Virus record (IMG/VR): IMGVR_UViG_3300044736_000098
Location: 2,402-66,401 of that record
Length of the DNA: 64,000 nt
DNA from: a virus
Reading direction: 5' to 3' (one strand)
Below the pieces are notes generated by a model that had not been told where the DNA came from, searched no databases, and was given only the letters and a program-made list of their open reading frames with translations. The position numbers and the translations under genes are program-made. Below, in pieces: positions 29,225 to 38,907 of the stretch; the first letter of the stretch is position 1; each line of letters opens with the position of its first letter.

Positions 29225-29927
29225 TTCCTTGTGTCGGGGTGCAGCATGTAGGCAAATTTGTAAAAAGTCAACAGAAATCTAGCGTCCTATCAAAAGGGAC
29301 GGCACACATGCGTCGTCTCGTTATAGTATCCGGTACAAAACCCGTGACTCTCTGCTTTCCCAAAAATATAACCGAACACCGCCCCGCATAGCGTGAAAAC
29401 AATTGCCGCATAGATCGTCACGTCTCATCCTCCACCTGTTCGCGCGGAAAGAACGGGTCGCGCGCCTCGTAAATCTGGCGCATGGCGCAACAGTAGCCGA
29501 AGCTCGCGTGGCAGCGATCGAGCAACCGTTGCGCTTCGACCGCTATTGCGTAGTCCACGGCTTTCTTAAGTTGGGCAGTATCAAATTGCATTTAGCGTAT
29601 CTCGTTTATCATTTTAGTCGATCACGCGTCTCTAATGATCCGCCAGCGGTCGCGGTGTTGACTGGCCGGGGCAGTTCGCTAGGGTGCAGTAGGCGTAACG
29701 ATCACGTAGTCCACATGTCCCGCACACCGAACCCGGACGACCGCCACCCTTTCCGATCCGTCCCGGCGCCAAGCGTTCGACTGCTTCCCAAAACACAAGA
29801 GCGGCGGCATCGTTCGTTGTGAAACCCGGCAGCCGCTCAATTGCACCCGTCGATATGTCAATGGAAACGACATTGCCGAACGTCATCCTGGAAGCACGCA
29901 AAGGTCCATCTAACATCTTTCCAGTAA

Positions 29928-30212
29928 TCACGTCACCACCTCCGCCGCTGCATCCGCCAAAATTCTGTAGCAATACTGCTTGCTAACCCCACACAATACC
30001 GCAATCCGCTCCACCACGATACCCTGTGCCGCCAGTCCGCGCACCATCCTCGGTGTGTCCGAGGTGGCGGTGCGGGCCTTCCTGGGGCGGGTGGGGCGTG
30101 CCTTTCTCAAGACGCCGTAGACGTAGCCGAGAGAAACGGGGAGGGCGTCCGCGATTTGCTGTGCGTCGTTGCCGGCGTCGTGGGCGGCGAGGATGGCGGC
30201 GGTGTGGTTCAT
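29928..30212 (-). CDS. Double-HTH small DNA-binding protein
   Basis: AQQIADALPVSLGYVY and ERIAVLCGVSKQYCYRIL. Confidence 0.6.
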   Translation of the reverse strand: MNHTAAILAAHDAGNDAQQIADALPVSLGYVYGVLRKARPTRPRKARTATSDTPRMVRGLAAQGIVVERIAVLCGVSKQYCYRILADAAAEVVT

Positions 30213-30709
30213 GCGACCCACGAGCGCGACAGAACGGTCCACTTCTCGCGAGGCTGTGCAACCATCGCCAGGGCAGCGGCTTTGGCTTCGTCAAGGCTCT
30301 GGGTTTCGCCTGCTGCTATTTGGTTGTGAAACGGGCCGCCCTTGCGAAGCCGCGTGTACACCTCGAAACCACACATACGCCCGCCCTGACTGTGTGGACA
30401 GTCATATGCGAGCAACTCAACACGCTCGCCGGCAGCATCAAGGAACATATGAACGGCGCGGCCCGGTCCTTTTGGTTCTGTTATCCATTCAATCGTTTTC
30501 ATTGGTGCCCGCTCGCTTGTTGCCATTTCCAGTTCGCCGAACGAGCGCAAGAAGCGCCTGGAATGGTCCGGGACAGCGATACACGCCACCGGACCGTCGT
30601 ATCCTTTGAGAAACGGAACGACCTCGCCGATACGACCGATGCCAATCAATTTGCGCGGCGCAGTCCACGAGTATACGCGCACCTTGTCGCCAACTTTGAA
30701 CGTGGTCAT
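30209..30709 (-). CDS. Hypothetical protein
   Basis: MTTFKVGDKVRV start; ATGA overlaps. Confidence 0.55.
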   Translation of the reverse strand: MTTFKVGDKVRVYSWTAPRKLIGIGRIGEVVPFLKGYDGPVACIAVPDHSRRFLRSFGELEMATSERAPMKTIEWITEPKGPGRAVHMFLDAAGERVELLAYDCPHSQGGRMCGFEVYTRLRKGGPFHNQIAAGETQSLDEAKAAALAMVAQPREKWTVLSRSWVA

Positions 30710-30894
30710 AGCCAAATCCGGTTATCGCGTTTCGCCGTCAGGCGGGAAATCGTTTCACGAGCACGAGCAACAAGCGTCTTTGCATTCGCATCGCCGCTAT
30801 CGGCAATCTCGCGCAGGTTACAGAGCGTCGTGCGCGCTGCGTGCAGGTCGCGTTCGTCTTGTTTGGTAAGGCGGGATTTTGATGCTTTGCTCAT
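30706..30894 (-). CDS. Small leaderless hypothetical protein (intact copy of duplicated gene)
   Basis: ATG 6 nt after the -10 of the repeated promoter; second copy at 62303-62492. Confidence 0.65.
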   Translation of the reverse strand: MSKASKSRLTKQDERDLHAARTTLCNLREIADSGDANAKTLVARARETISRLTAKRDNRIWL

Positions 30895-30941
30895 AACGCG
30901 AACTTACGCCAATTCTGCAAACAGTCAACACATAATTGAAC
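30706..30941. repeat. Direct repeat copy 1 (about 236 bp; copy 2 at 62303-62540)
   Basis: 30706-30858 identical to 62303-62455 (153 bp); remainder similar. Confidence 0.95.
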
Positions 30942-31000
30942 TGGTCACGGTTTAGTTATCTCGCCGTTTGTACAGCCACGCTTTACTTTCCCGCCCCGCT

Positions 31001-32610
31001 TCAAACTGCCCCGGAGAGGCCCGGCATCGGCACCGGCAAAACCGTCCCATCCGCCGTAATCTGCAACACGCTAGTCCTGCTTGCCCCATTTGGCACTAAA
31101 AGCGCCCCGTCCTGCCGTATCCACCGTGCATCGGCGGCGTGGCTGGAGAGGGAAGCAGGTACGCTAAAGACTTCGCCCTTGTCCGTCACCACCTCGCACG
31201 TTCCGTCACGTTCCCACGCCTTGCGAATCGGCAGCCATCCGCCATCCCGCGCCGAACCTGTTTTGTAGCTCGAAATTAGGGCGGCACCGCTCGGGGTTTC
31301 CAGAAGCTTCGCCACCGCGGCTGGTCCGCGCTCGCCGGCACGCATGTCGTATCCGCAGCCGGGGCAATCCATCACGCCCTTGGCCACGCACGCAAGGCAC
31401 GCGGGGCATAACTTGGTCATTGGTTCGTCGCAGGACCAGCACCGCGCCGCAGCCGCGGCGTTTCTTTTTGAGCACACCTCACAGGATACTAGGCGCGCGG
31501 CTGTGTCTTTGGGGCGGATAAAATCGAGCGGGCCATGTGTAGAAATCAGATTCGCGAAATCGAGGACAATTGCGTCGGCCTTGCCGGCCGCGATACTAGT
31601 TTCAATGCTGCCGCCGATCGTCCGCAACAGTCTACCTGTCATCTGGATATATAACCCCAACGACTTCGTTGCGCGACGCATGACGAGCATGTCCACTTCT
31701 TGGACGTCGAACCCTGTGGTCAGCGCCGAAACGTTGACCAGGCAGCGCAGCCGACCCGCACGATATGCCGCAATGGTCGCCGCGCGCTGCCCCGCTGGCG
31801 TCTCGCCGAGCACCAGACCTGTCGCCACGCCCCACTCATTGAGTCGCGCTGTCATGGCTTTCGCCGCCTTGGTAGACGCCTCGAACACTAACCAAGCGCG
31901 TCGATCCCTTCCAAGAACGAGCATCTGCGCAATATGATTATCAATCAGGCCGAGCATCTGCGCATCTTGCGATTCGCCCGTGAAGTCGCCTTGTCGCGTC
32001 TTTAGCTTGGTAGAATCAATTTTGTCATCCACCGTTACGCTAAAAGCGGGAACTAGGTAGCCGTCGCGAATACCGTCAACAATGGTGTATCGATAAGATA
32101 CTGCGGAAAAAGGGGCTTCCTCGCCATCCACAAGCGAACCACCTTGGAGTCGAAATACGGTGCCACTGAAACCCGCAATGCGTACCATCAGGAAAAGTTC
32201 CGCAATAACTCGCGATACATACCTTGCTGCGCGTGGGGCAGCAAGTGCGCCTCGTCAATAAAAATATTGGCAATCGGACCAAATGATGCTCCGTTTTTGT
32301 AGACCGATTGGATAGCCGCACTGATAACCGGAGCGCGCCACGTGCGTTCGCCAAGGGCCGCGGCGTTAATGCCGCACGTGAGACCGAGCGCACGGCATGC
32401 AATGGCGTTCTGTTCGACTAACTCGCGGGTGTGCGCAAGGATCAAGGACCGCTCGCCACGCTCCCAACCGCGCCGCGCCAGTTCTGCCATAATCAGGGAT
32501 TTACCAGAGCCGACACATGAATCGACCAGTGGGCGCTCTACGCCGTTACGCCACGCCGCTTCGACCGCATCGGCTGCCGCAAGCTGATTTGGGCGGAGAA
32601 CTACCTGCAT
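31001..32610 (-). CDS. SF2 DEAH helicase (RadD/YejH-like) with C-terminal Zn ribbons; frameshifted near 32188
   Basis: GSGKS and DEAH in 32188-32610; SGT, LTTGFD, QM.GR and CxxC repeats in 31001-32188. Confidence 0.85.
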
Positions 32611-33593
32611 TACAGAATTCGCGAGTAGGTCGAACCGGCCAAAACGCGCCGAACCTGGTCAACGTTGCGCGCACCAACCCGCTCAGCGACAACCTCGACA
32701 TCATGTCCAAGGGACGAAAGGAATCGCGCATCCCGAATCTGTTGCGCTTTAAGTCGATCCGATCCTGCACAAATCACTTTCTCCGCGTAACTCGGATCCA
32801 GCCAATTCGCCGCAGCGAGAGGATTGGGAACACCTTTGCGGGATGCATTTTCAAAAAAACGGTTGATTACTCTCTGCACGTCGTCTGCATCGACGCGTTC
32901 GTTTTTGCCGATGGCACCAATTCTGCGGAGATAAGCAAGACCAGCGTTTCCACCCGGAATCATATTCAGACCGAGCGGGTATAGTGTATCCCGCGCGACA
33001 ATGCGTTCCTCCATCGCCATGGCACGTTGTTCGGAATTAGCGTGACCTACAATTTGGTGCATCGTGGTAGTCGCCACGCCCTGCCACTGCTTTATCGCTT
33101 TGTGAAAGCGATAGTGCGATCCCGAATTTGCAGCGCGAAGATGCTCCGACCAACGAGTGCGCCAACCTCGCTTAGTGAGACCTGTATATCCAGCGTTGAC
33201 GATCTGATCGCCGTTCTGATCGGTCAAAAATGAATGTCGATATATGTGATAGTGCCCGAAATATTCCGGGTTGGTCGCCATATATATCGGGAGAGCGGTG
33301 ACTTCACGAAAGCCTCCGCGATCGACGAATATGGCCAGCGTTGTGTTTATGACCGCTGATTCATACTCATCCTTGCCGGGTATATGTTTGATGTCAGACT
33401 CGTCGAGCGGCATGAACCTGTAGGTAACGGCCCCGGTGTCCTGATGAAGGTGAACGATCGCATTGCCTACGGCCCGCGAGATGATCGTTTGCGGGTCCAT
33501 ATCGCTCAGTTTGTCGAGTACAATATCGACGTAACTCGCCACATCGCGACCAAAACCCGTCAGGTGGCGGAAATTATCTCGATCTAAATTCAT
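32610..33593 (-). CDS. GIY-YIG-like endonuclease
   Basis: HIYRH...YTGLT.R....RW.EH...FH.AI...EE....LN; leaderless from own promoter. Confidence 0.65.
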   Translation of the reverse strand: MNLDRDNFRHLTGFGRDVASYVDIVLDKLSDMDPQTIISRAVGNAIVHLHQDTGAVTYRFMPLDESDIKHIPGKDEYESAVINTTLAIFVDRGGFREVTALPIYMATNPEYFGHYHIYRHSFLTDQNGDQIVNAGYTGLTKRGWRTRWSEHLRAANSGSHYRFHKAIKQWQGVATTTMHQIVGHANSEQRAMAMEERIVARDTLYPLGLNMIPGGNAGLAYLRRIGAIGKNERVDADDVQRVINRFFENASRKGVPNPLAAANWLDPSYAEKVICAGSDRLKAQQIRDARFLSSLGHDVEVVAERVGARNVDQVRRVLAGSTYSRIL

Positions 33594-33623
33594 GCAGGAA
33601 ACTTACATCACAACTGCAAAATG

Positions 33624-33701
33624 TCAACGAAATTGCACGCGGAAGGCGTCCTCGACTGCATCTGCTGCGGCGATCTGGTTTGGTCGGAGAACTAGGGTCA
33701 C
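33624..33701 (-). pseudogene. Remnant 5' end of the helicase gene
   Basis: VTLVLRPNQIAAADAVEDAFR vs helicase MQVVLRPNQLAAADAVEAAWR. Confidence 0.8.
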
Positions 33702-34288
33702 GGGAGCGGGACCGGGCAGGGCGGCATCGCTTCGTCAACTGGCGGGACTTGCTCAAAATCCCAATTAGGAATCGGAACGCGCGTTTCCTCAACGAATTTT
33801 TTATATAAAAACGCTCCGCGGCGACCATCTTTGCGAGTGTTGAATACGTCCTCTTCAAAGCCCCACGCGACCGATTCAACTCGGCGACAATAAACGGCGT
33901 GGTCTTTGCCGCGATGCTGCCGAGTGCGATACGCGCTCCTGAATCCGGACCAGTTGCAGCGCGTCTTACCTTTGGACAATTCGATTCCATCGCGTTCTAC
34001 CAGCCACAGCGCATACGCGATCGCGCGCTGTTCGTTATAGTCGTCGGTCGTCAGGTCACTGCCGGGCCGTGGCGTGTGATGCTTTAACTTTTCAGGTGCG
34101 ACCGTGACAACTACCGAATCAATTTCCACGCTATGACGACGGGCAAACTGCGCCTGGACGACACTGCTCGCTTCGTCAGCGTGCCTAGCGTCGAAAAGAT
34201 GAAATTGCTGTACGGTAAAATCCGCGCAGCGCTCGCTAGGGCGCTTAATCGCCGTGGTAATAACTACGCGCTTCGGTCGTCGTTTCAT
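33698..34288 (-). CDS. Hypothetical protein (leaderless)
   Basis: 196 aa; ATG 6 nt after the -10 of the repeated promoter. Confidence 0.65.
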   Translation of the reverse strand: MKRRPKRVVITTAIKRPSERCADFTVQQFHLFDARHADEASSVVQAQFARRHSVEIDSVVVTVAPEKLKHHTPRPGSDLTTDDYNEQRAIAYALWLVERDGIELSKGKTRCNWSGFRSAYRTRQHRGKDHAVYCRRVESVAWGFEEDVFNTRKDGRRGAFLYKKFVEETRVPIPNWDFEQVPPVDEAMPPCPVPLP

Positions 34289-34334
34289 AGCGCGAACTTA
34301 CGCCAATTCTGCAAACAGTCAACGCATAATTGAG

Positions 34335-34613
34335 TTAAGCGGCGAGGGCGCGCGCCATCCGTGCATTCTCCGCCACCGATTGCTCCGCCCGTACCATATG
34401 AGCCTTGAACGGTGCGAACGCTTTTGAGAACTGCCGTAGTTTCGGACGATGCCCGCGCCAGGACGTGATCGGCAGCCACATCTCTTTGCGTAGGTAGTGC
34501 GACAACGGCCGGAATTTGAATCTCCGGTATACTCTGCCGTCTTTCGTCTCGACTGACGCGTGCCACTCGAATTCGTCAATGACGATGTTGGGCGTGCGAT
34601 AGAGGGTGGTCAT
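34335..34613 (-). CDS. Hypothetical protein
   Basis: ATGA overlap with upstream ORF. Confidence 0.5.
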   Translation of the reverse strand: MTTLYRTPNIVIDEFEWHASVETKDGRVYRRFKFRPLSHYLRKEMWLPITSWRGHRPKLRQFSKAFAPFKAHMVRAEQSVAENARMARALAA

Positions 34614-35067
34614 GTACGCAGCCACCACAACGCTAAACGTTGCAATCGTGTCGGACCTAAGCCGGGTGCACTCGCATCGTTAGTCATGCAATAACAGCCA
34701 CGTTCAATACAACCGACGCAGTTCTCACATTCTAAAACTGGAAACGCGACGCGCTGGAGCCACTGCCTAAACACTGGACACCTCCGCCGCAATCGCATGC
34801 GCCTCCGCCCAAGAGAGGCCCGCATTGAGCAGGAGATTCAGGGCGCGTCGGTAGGTCATGCCTTCCGAGCCTCCGCGACACGTTTCCGGATGTGTTTAAG
34901 TTGCATTTGCAAATCCTCGCAAACGCTAAGCGCGTAGTCCGTTGCGTCTGCGCTGCAAAAATCTGGATTCCACATGCCCGTTGCGAGATGTGCGGACGCG
35001 CCGACGGACAGTCGCGCAACGTTGGCGACGTAAGTTGCGAGCGCCGCGTTTGTGAATGTCTTGGTGG

Positions 35068-35331
35068 TCACGTCTGCGGCTCCGCGTCCGGCGGGATGAA
35101 ATCGGTCGTCATCACGGACGCGTCCCAACCTTCGGCATAAAGGCACTCAAAGCGCACCGCCGCACTTGGCGACATAATGTAAGCATGCTCGCGGTTCGTA
35201 TAAGGATCGTTCGCCAAACGCGCGGCAAGTCGAGCAGCGCGGGTTTTCCAGCCGTCCGTACTTGGACAGCGAACCGCTTTCTTGCCCTTGGCGTAACGGG
35301 CGTCAGAGATGCTGTAAGGGGCGTTTTCCAT
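35068..35331 (-). CDS. Hypothetical protein (leaderless)
   Basis: DGWKTRA.RL...YT.RE.AY; ATG 6 nt after -10. Confidence 0.65.
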   Translation of the reverse strand: MENAPYSISDARYAKGKKAVRCPSTDGWKTRAARLAARLANDPYTNREHAYIMSPSAAVRFECLYAEGWDASVMTTDFIPPDAEPQT

Positions 35332-35581
35332 ACCGCAAAGCTACAACAAATTTGCAAACAGTCAACAATTAATTGCGCTCTAAGGCGAGATAGTTCGGTG
35401 CCAAAGCCGAAATAAATCCGACCCTCTCGCGCGTCCGCACCACTTCCTCCCCGAACCGGCTCCCGTACCCCTCTGGGGCACATCCTGGCCGCGTCCTCGT
35501 CGTTCACGTCCCATATCAGGCGGCACACGGCGCAGTGCATCTGATCGCTTCCGGTGTGGCGAGCTGCGCAGGGGGTTTCCA

Positions 35582-36025
35582 TCATGAGCCGAGCGCCGCG
35601 TGAAGTATCGTAACGTCACCGCCGCTATGCGGGTCATGTTTCACCGCTGCGTGTACGGCTGTCCCCGCGCCGGCACCGGCAAACATGGCGCCAAGCGCAT
35701 AATCCATACCCGATCCGAACGCGAAATAATCTGCCTCACACCGGAACGCGCCATTCACTTCGAACACATCGATGTCGCCCGCTTTGCGGAAAATCACGCC
35801 GCGATCATGATGTCGCTCCGATTCGGTAGCCTTTGGCTGTTCGTCGTTTTCGCCAGCAAGAAACCAGGCGATAAACAGCGCGTTGAAATTTGCGTTACCG
35901 GCTGCGCCTGCCATGTCGCCATCGTCGCGCCGGACTATCTTGACGACGCGGCCAATCATTGTGCCGCCCTGACACATCGCCGTGTCGGCCGCGAGCACAC
36001 CGTCTTTGAATGCGATGGTGGTCAC
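35582..36025 (-). CDS. Ntn-hydrolase (proteasome-beta/HslV-like) protein
   Basis: N-terminal TTIA....LAAD; A.GSG..A.GAM; D..SGG. Confidence 0.75.
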   Translation of the reverse strand: MTTIAFKDGVLAADTAMCQGGTMIGRVVKIVRRDDGDMAGAAGNANFNALFIAWFLAGENDEQPKATESERHHDRGVIFRKAGDIDVFEVNGAFRCEADYFAFGSGMDYALGAMFAGAGAGTAVHAAVKHDPHSGGDVTILHAALGS

Positions 36026-36315
36026 TTTCCGTTCGCCTCCACAGATAGCACCGTCGCCACAGACAGCCTCTTAGTCGGCACTTCCCCTACAGCCATAGCG
36101 ACTACCGGATGCGTCACGCCCCGTAGATGCAGGAATATCGGAGCTCCCGCAGCAATGCGCTCGCGTTCTGCCTCTGACGACGGCGCCCATGCGGAAATCA
36201 TGAACCCTTCATGGTCGCAAACTTCCAAGGGGCGACACGGCCCGTCACGTTCCTCGTTCCAGTCCGGCGGCTCGCCGATGCGGCGCGTCACGTCCGTGAG
36301 TGCGAGGGATTTCAT
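36022..36315 (-). CDS. Hypothetical protein
   Basis: PPDW....G.C..L, SAW.PS..E, HPVV. Confidence 0.6.
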   Translation of the reverse strand: MKSLALTDVTRRIGEPPDWNEERDGPCRPLEVCDHEGFMISAWAPSSEAERERIAAGAPIFLHLRGVTHPVVAMAVGEVPTKRLSVATVLSVEANGK

Positions 36316-36523
36316 GCCTTGGCCACCTCGGCGGCGGCCGTTTGCGCGAGTTCAGCCGCGATTCGTCCCAGCGATTCTTCTCCGTGGCGATGAAGGTTTA
36401 TCGTCGGATTTTTGATATGATCCGCTAAGGAAAAATTGATCGGACGGAAGGATTTCCACCAATTCAAGATTGCCTCCCGTATAGCATCAGGCGCGGGTTT
36501 TGGTAGACTCTGAATTGGCTTGC

Positions 36524-36985
36524 TCACCCTTGCGCCTCCAACGTCTGATAATAAAACGCGTGCAGGAAGCCCAACCGAAACGGATCCCGCCCAAGGCGCC
36601 GCATATGCCACGCCCACAAAATACGCCCGGTGCGGCCGTTGCCGTCGGTGTAGGGATGCAGCATTTCGAAGCCAACATGGACTTGGTAAGGCGAGGTGGA
36701 CACGTGAGTATCGTTCAAGATGCTGCGGAGGCGGTCCCGAATCACAATTCCACCCCGCGGCGCGATGTAGTTACCCACGCGCACGTCGAGGCCCGGCCGG
36801 TCGCGTAGGACGTGACCAGGTGCGAAGGCTTGCTGCACGTTGTTCAAGTCTTGCAGCGTCAGCGTTTCCATTTCGAGGAAACGCGCCGCCGTCACCAATT
36901 CGTGCTGATACGGGTCGCGGTGGATACCCTCGATGGCATTGGACTCGCGCAGGAAAGCGGAAAGTCGGGCGTCTGTACGGGTCAT
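36524..36985 (-). CDS. Fic-domain protein (AMPylase-like)
   Basis: ESNAIEG and catalytic HPYTDGNGRTGR. Confidence 0.9.
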   Translation of the reverse strand: MTRTDARLSAFLRESNAIEGIHRDPYQHELVTAARFLEMETLTLQDLNNVQQAFAPGHVLRDRPGLDVRVGNYIAPRGGIVIRDRLRSILNDTHVSTSPYQVHVGFEMLHPYTDGNGRTGRILWAWHMRRLGRDPFRLGFLHAFYYQTLEAQG

Positions 36986-37170
36986 GAGGCGAACTCCTCC
37001 CGACCTGCAGCGGTCAGACGCCATTTCCATGTTGATTTGACGAATTCAATCAACCCAAGCCGCTTGAGACGTTGCCGCGCCTTATCAGTTGGGCGATCAC
37101 TCGACGAAATATCCTCGCCGGCAAGCAGCCGTTTAATTTGTGAATACTCGATGTCGTCAAGCCGCCGCAT
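36982..37170 (-). CDS. Small winged-helix-like protein
   Basis: RQRLKRLGLIEF....WRLT.AG. Confidence 0.5.
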   Translation of the reverse strand: MRRLDDIEYSQIKRLLAGEDISSSDRPTDKARQRLKRLGLIEFVKSTWKWRLTAAGREEFAS

Positions 37171-37708
37171 TTGCTACCCCCGTGTGCGCCCTACTCAACA
37201 CACGCAAAGCCGCATTCGCCGCCCGCGTCTGCCCTATCGCATCGTTAAGCGCCACATGCGGCGGCGGGACCGCGAAGTCGCGCAGGGACACGGACGCGAG
37301 GTCGTACAAGGTGCGGGTGTCGCGCACGCTCCAGAAGGCCCAAGGCGGTTCGAGGCCGGCCGCGCGGTAAAGGTGCTCAAGCAGGGGACAGTCGAACGTC
37401 GCGCCGTGGCACCAGATCAGCGCGTCCCCTGCCGGCGCGGCCCATGCGATCCAGGCGGAGAAATGTTCGAGCGCGGCGCGGACGGGAACGGGATTCGACG
37501 TCGCGGCCTGCCATGCTTCGGGCGACTGCGTGCCCCACCATTGCAAGGTCGAAACGTCTTTGACTAGGCCGAGCGCCTCTTGCTCTGGAACGGAGAGGTT
37601 CAAAGTCGTGTGCGCCTCGTCCGAAAAACGCACGAACGCTGCGGCGAGCACGATGGCGCCGGGACGCGTGCCCAAGGTTTCGATATCCAGCATCAAGTGC
37701 GTGGTCAT
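37157..37708 (-). CDS. DEDD 3'-5' exo(ribo)nuclease (Rv2179c/DUF5051-like)
   Basis: MLDIETLG, TLQWW, W.HGA.FD, RD.RT, H.AL.DA..Q. Confidence 0.85.
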   Translation of the reverse strand: MTTHLMLDIETLGTRPGAIVLAAAFVRFSDEAHTTLNLSVPEQEALGLVKDVSTLQWWGTQSPEAWQAATSNPVPVRAALEHFSAWIAWAAPAGDALIWCHGATFDCPLLEHLYRAAGLEPPWAFWSVRDTRTLYDLASVSLRDFAVPPPHVALNDAIGQTRAANAALRVLSRAHTGVANAAA

Positions 37709-37947
37709 AGTCCGAGCGCCTTTCGTACATCAGCACGCGCTTGGTAGTCGCCCGACGCTGCGGCGATCTGAATGACGCGCAGCAGTTTATCGAATTCGTT
37801 CTTTTCGGCCGGCAACTGAAAAACGAATTCGGGCCAATGCTTTCCAATTGGGACAACCGAAACCGCTGTTGCTGTGTCTACATCAGCGACGACGTTGCCT
37901 TTCCAATAGGAGCGGCGCATTCCATGATCGACAAACGAGTGGTCCAC
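37705..37947 (-). CDS. Hypothetical protein
   Basis: GTG after GGAGG, downstream of structured leader. Confidence 0.55.
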   Translation of the reverse strand: MDHSFVDHGMRRSYWKGNVVADVDTATAVSVVPIGKHWPEFVFQLPAEKNEFDKLLRVIQIAAASGDYQARADVRKALGL

Positions 37948-38048
37948 GTTTCGCCTCCAAATTGTTGCCCCGGCCCGCAATCCCGCCCGTCGGCTACGCG
38001 GTATTTATCCGGGGCCTTACCTCGCAAGGGCGAACCCGATGCGAGAAT

Positions 38049-38114
38049 GTGGCCCTCTACCAAACTGAGATACGTTCCGAAGAACGGTTGGACTCGAACC
38101 AACGACCCGCCACT
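38049..38114 (-). ncRNA. Circularly permuted tRNA-like RNA (T arm, capped acceptor stem, D arm; YrlA-module-like)
   Basis: A GTGGC GGGTC GTTGG TTCGAGT CCAAC CGTTC TTCG GAACG TA TCTC AGTTTGGTA GAGG GCCAC. Confidence 0.75.
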
Positions 38115-38120
38115 GACGCA

Positions 38121-38148
38121 AACCTACAACCAATTTGCCGAAAGTCAA
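38121..38148 (-). promoter_or_regulatory. Repeated phage promoter driving the tRNA-like RNA
   Basis: TTGACT-N16-TAGGTT; predicted +1 at 38114. Confidence 0.75.
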
Positions 38149-38438
38149 CAGAAATAATCAGGCACGGGATCGTGGGGATCGTCGCAAGGCGAGGCCGCCA
38201 CCGCTATTGGTCCGTCTACCAGGATAGCCACATGGGCCGACGAAATTCGCTTGATGCCCCACGCGACGTCCCGGTCGAAATCGAAAGCACGTTCGGCGAT
38301 GGGCTTGCACTCCGCAAGAGAAAAGCCCAACTGGCCAACCATGCCGCTATACCGTTCCGCCGCAGCCGCTTTGACCACGGCAGGCGCAGCGAACGGAGCC
38401 GCCACTAAGAGCGAGAGGAAGCCGCGTCGAGTGGTCAC
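38145..38438 (-). CDS. Hypothetical protein with Tat-like N-terminus
   Basis: MTTRRGFLSLL. Confidence 0.5.
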   Translation of the reverse strand: MTTRRGFLSLLVAAPFAAPAVVKAAAAERYSGMVGQLGFSLAECKPIAERAFDFDRDVAWGIKRISSAHVAILVDGPIAVAASPCDDPHDPVPDYFC

Positions 38439-38710
38439 GCCCGCTCCCTCACGACTTCGCGCCCCAACGCTGTAAGGGCGACATCCGCACGCCCCGGCCC
38501 GCCCATTTGCATCAATCCCCTACCCACCAGGTCGTCGAGTTCGTCGCACCATATCGTCGCGCTCTTTGTGCCGGCGTGTGCGCGTAGAGCGCACTCAGAG
38601 AAATGCCAGCGGTAGCGTTCCACGAAATAGCGAGCGTGCAGCGCCAGGAAGTTGCGTTGGGGAATGGACAGGGGCGCTAGGGGCGGGGAGGCAACGTGGG
38701 GCAGAGTCAT
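38435..38710 (-). CDS. Hypothetical protein
   Basis: Overlapping-operon arrangement. Confidence 0.5.
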   Translation of the reverse strand: MTLPHVASPPLAPLSIPQRNFLALHARYFVERYRWHFSECALRAHAGTKSATIWCDELDDLVGRGLMQMGGPGRADVALTALGREVVRERA

Positions 38711-38907
38711 GCGCGACGTTTTCGCTTCGCGTCACGCGCTTTCAAATCTGCGAACATCGCATTACATTTTTCTACCCCATGCTCTATGACGAACCTATCG
38801 ACTGCTATGCGACTAGTGATCCGCGCCAATTGATTCGGCGACGACATTTCGTTTGTCAAAGCATCAAACCGTTTCAGTTCATCCGATGTGTACGGCTTAT
38901 CTACCAC
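38707..38907 (-). CDS. Hypothetical protein
   Basis: GGAGG SD; overlaps neighbours. Confidence 0.55.
   Translation of the reverse strand: MVDKPYTSDELKRFDALTNEMSSPNQLARITSRIAVDRFVIEHGVEKCNAMFADLKARDAKRKRRA

Noticed and set aside
30706-30941. DGR template/variable repeat or IS terminal repeat
   Set aside because: No reverse transcriptase or transposase; differences are not adenine-specific
38049-38114. Functional tRNA or canonical YrlA
   Set aside because: No anticodon loop, acceptor end closed by UUCG, no extended Ro-binding stem and no Ro60 gene in the window
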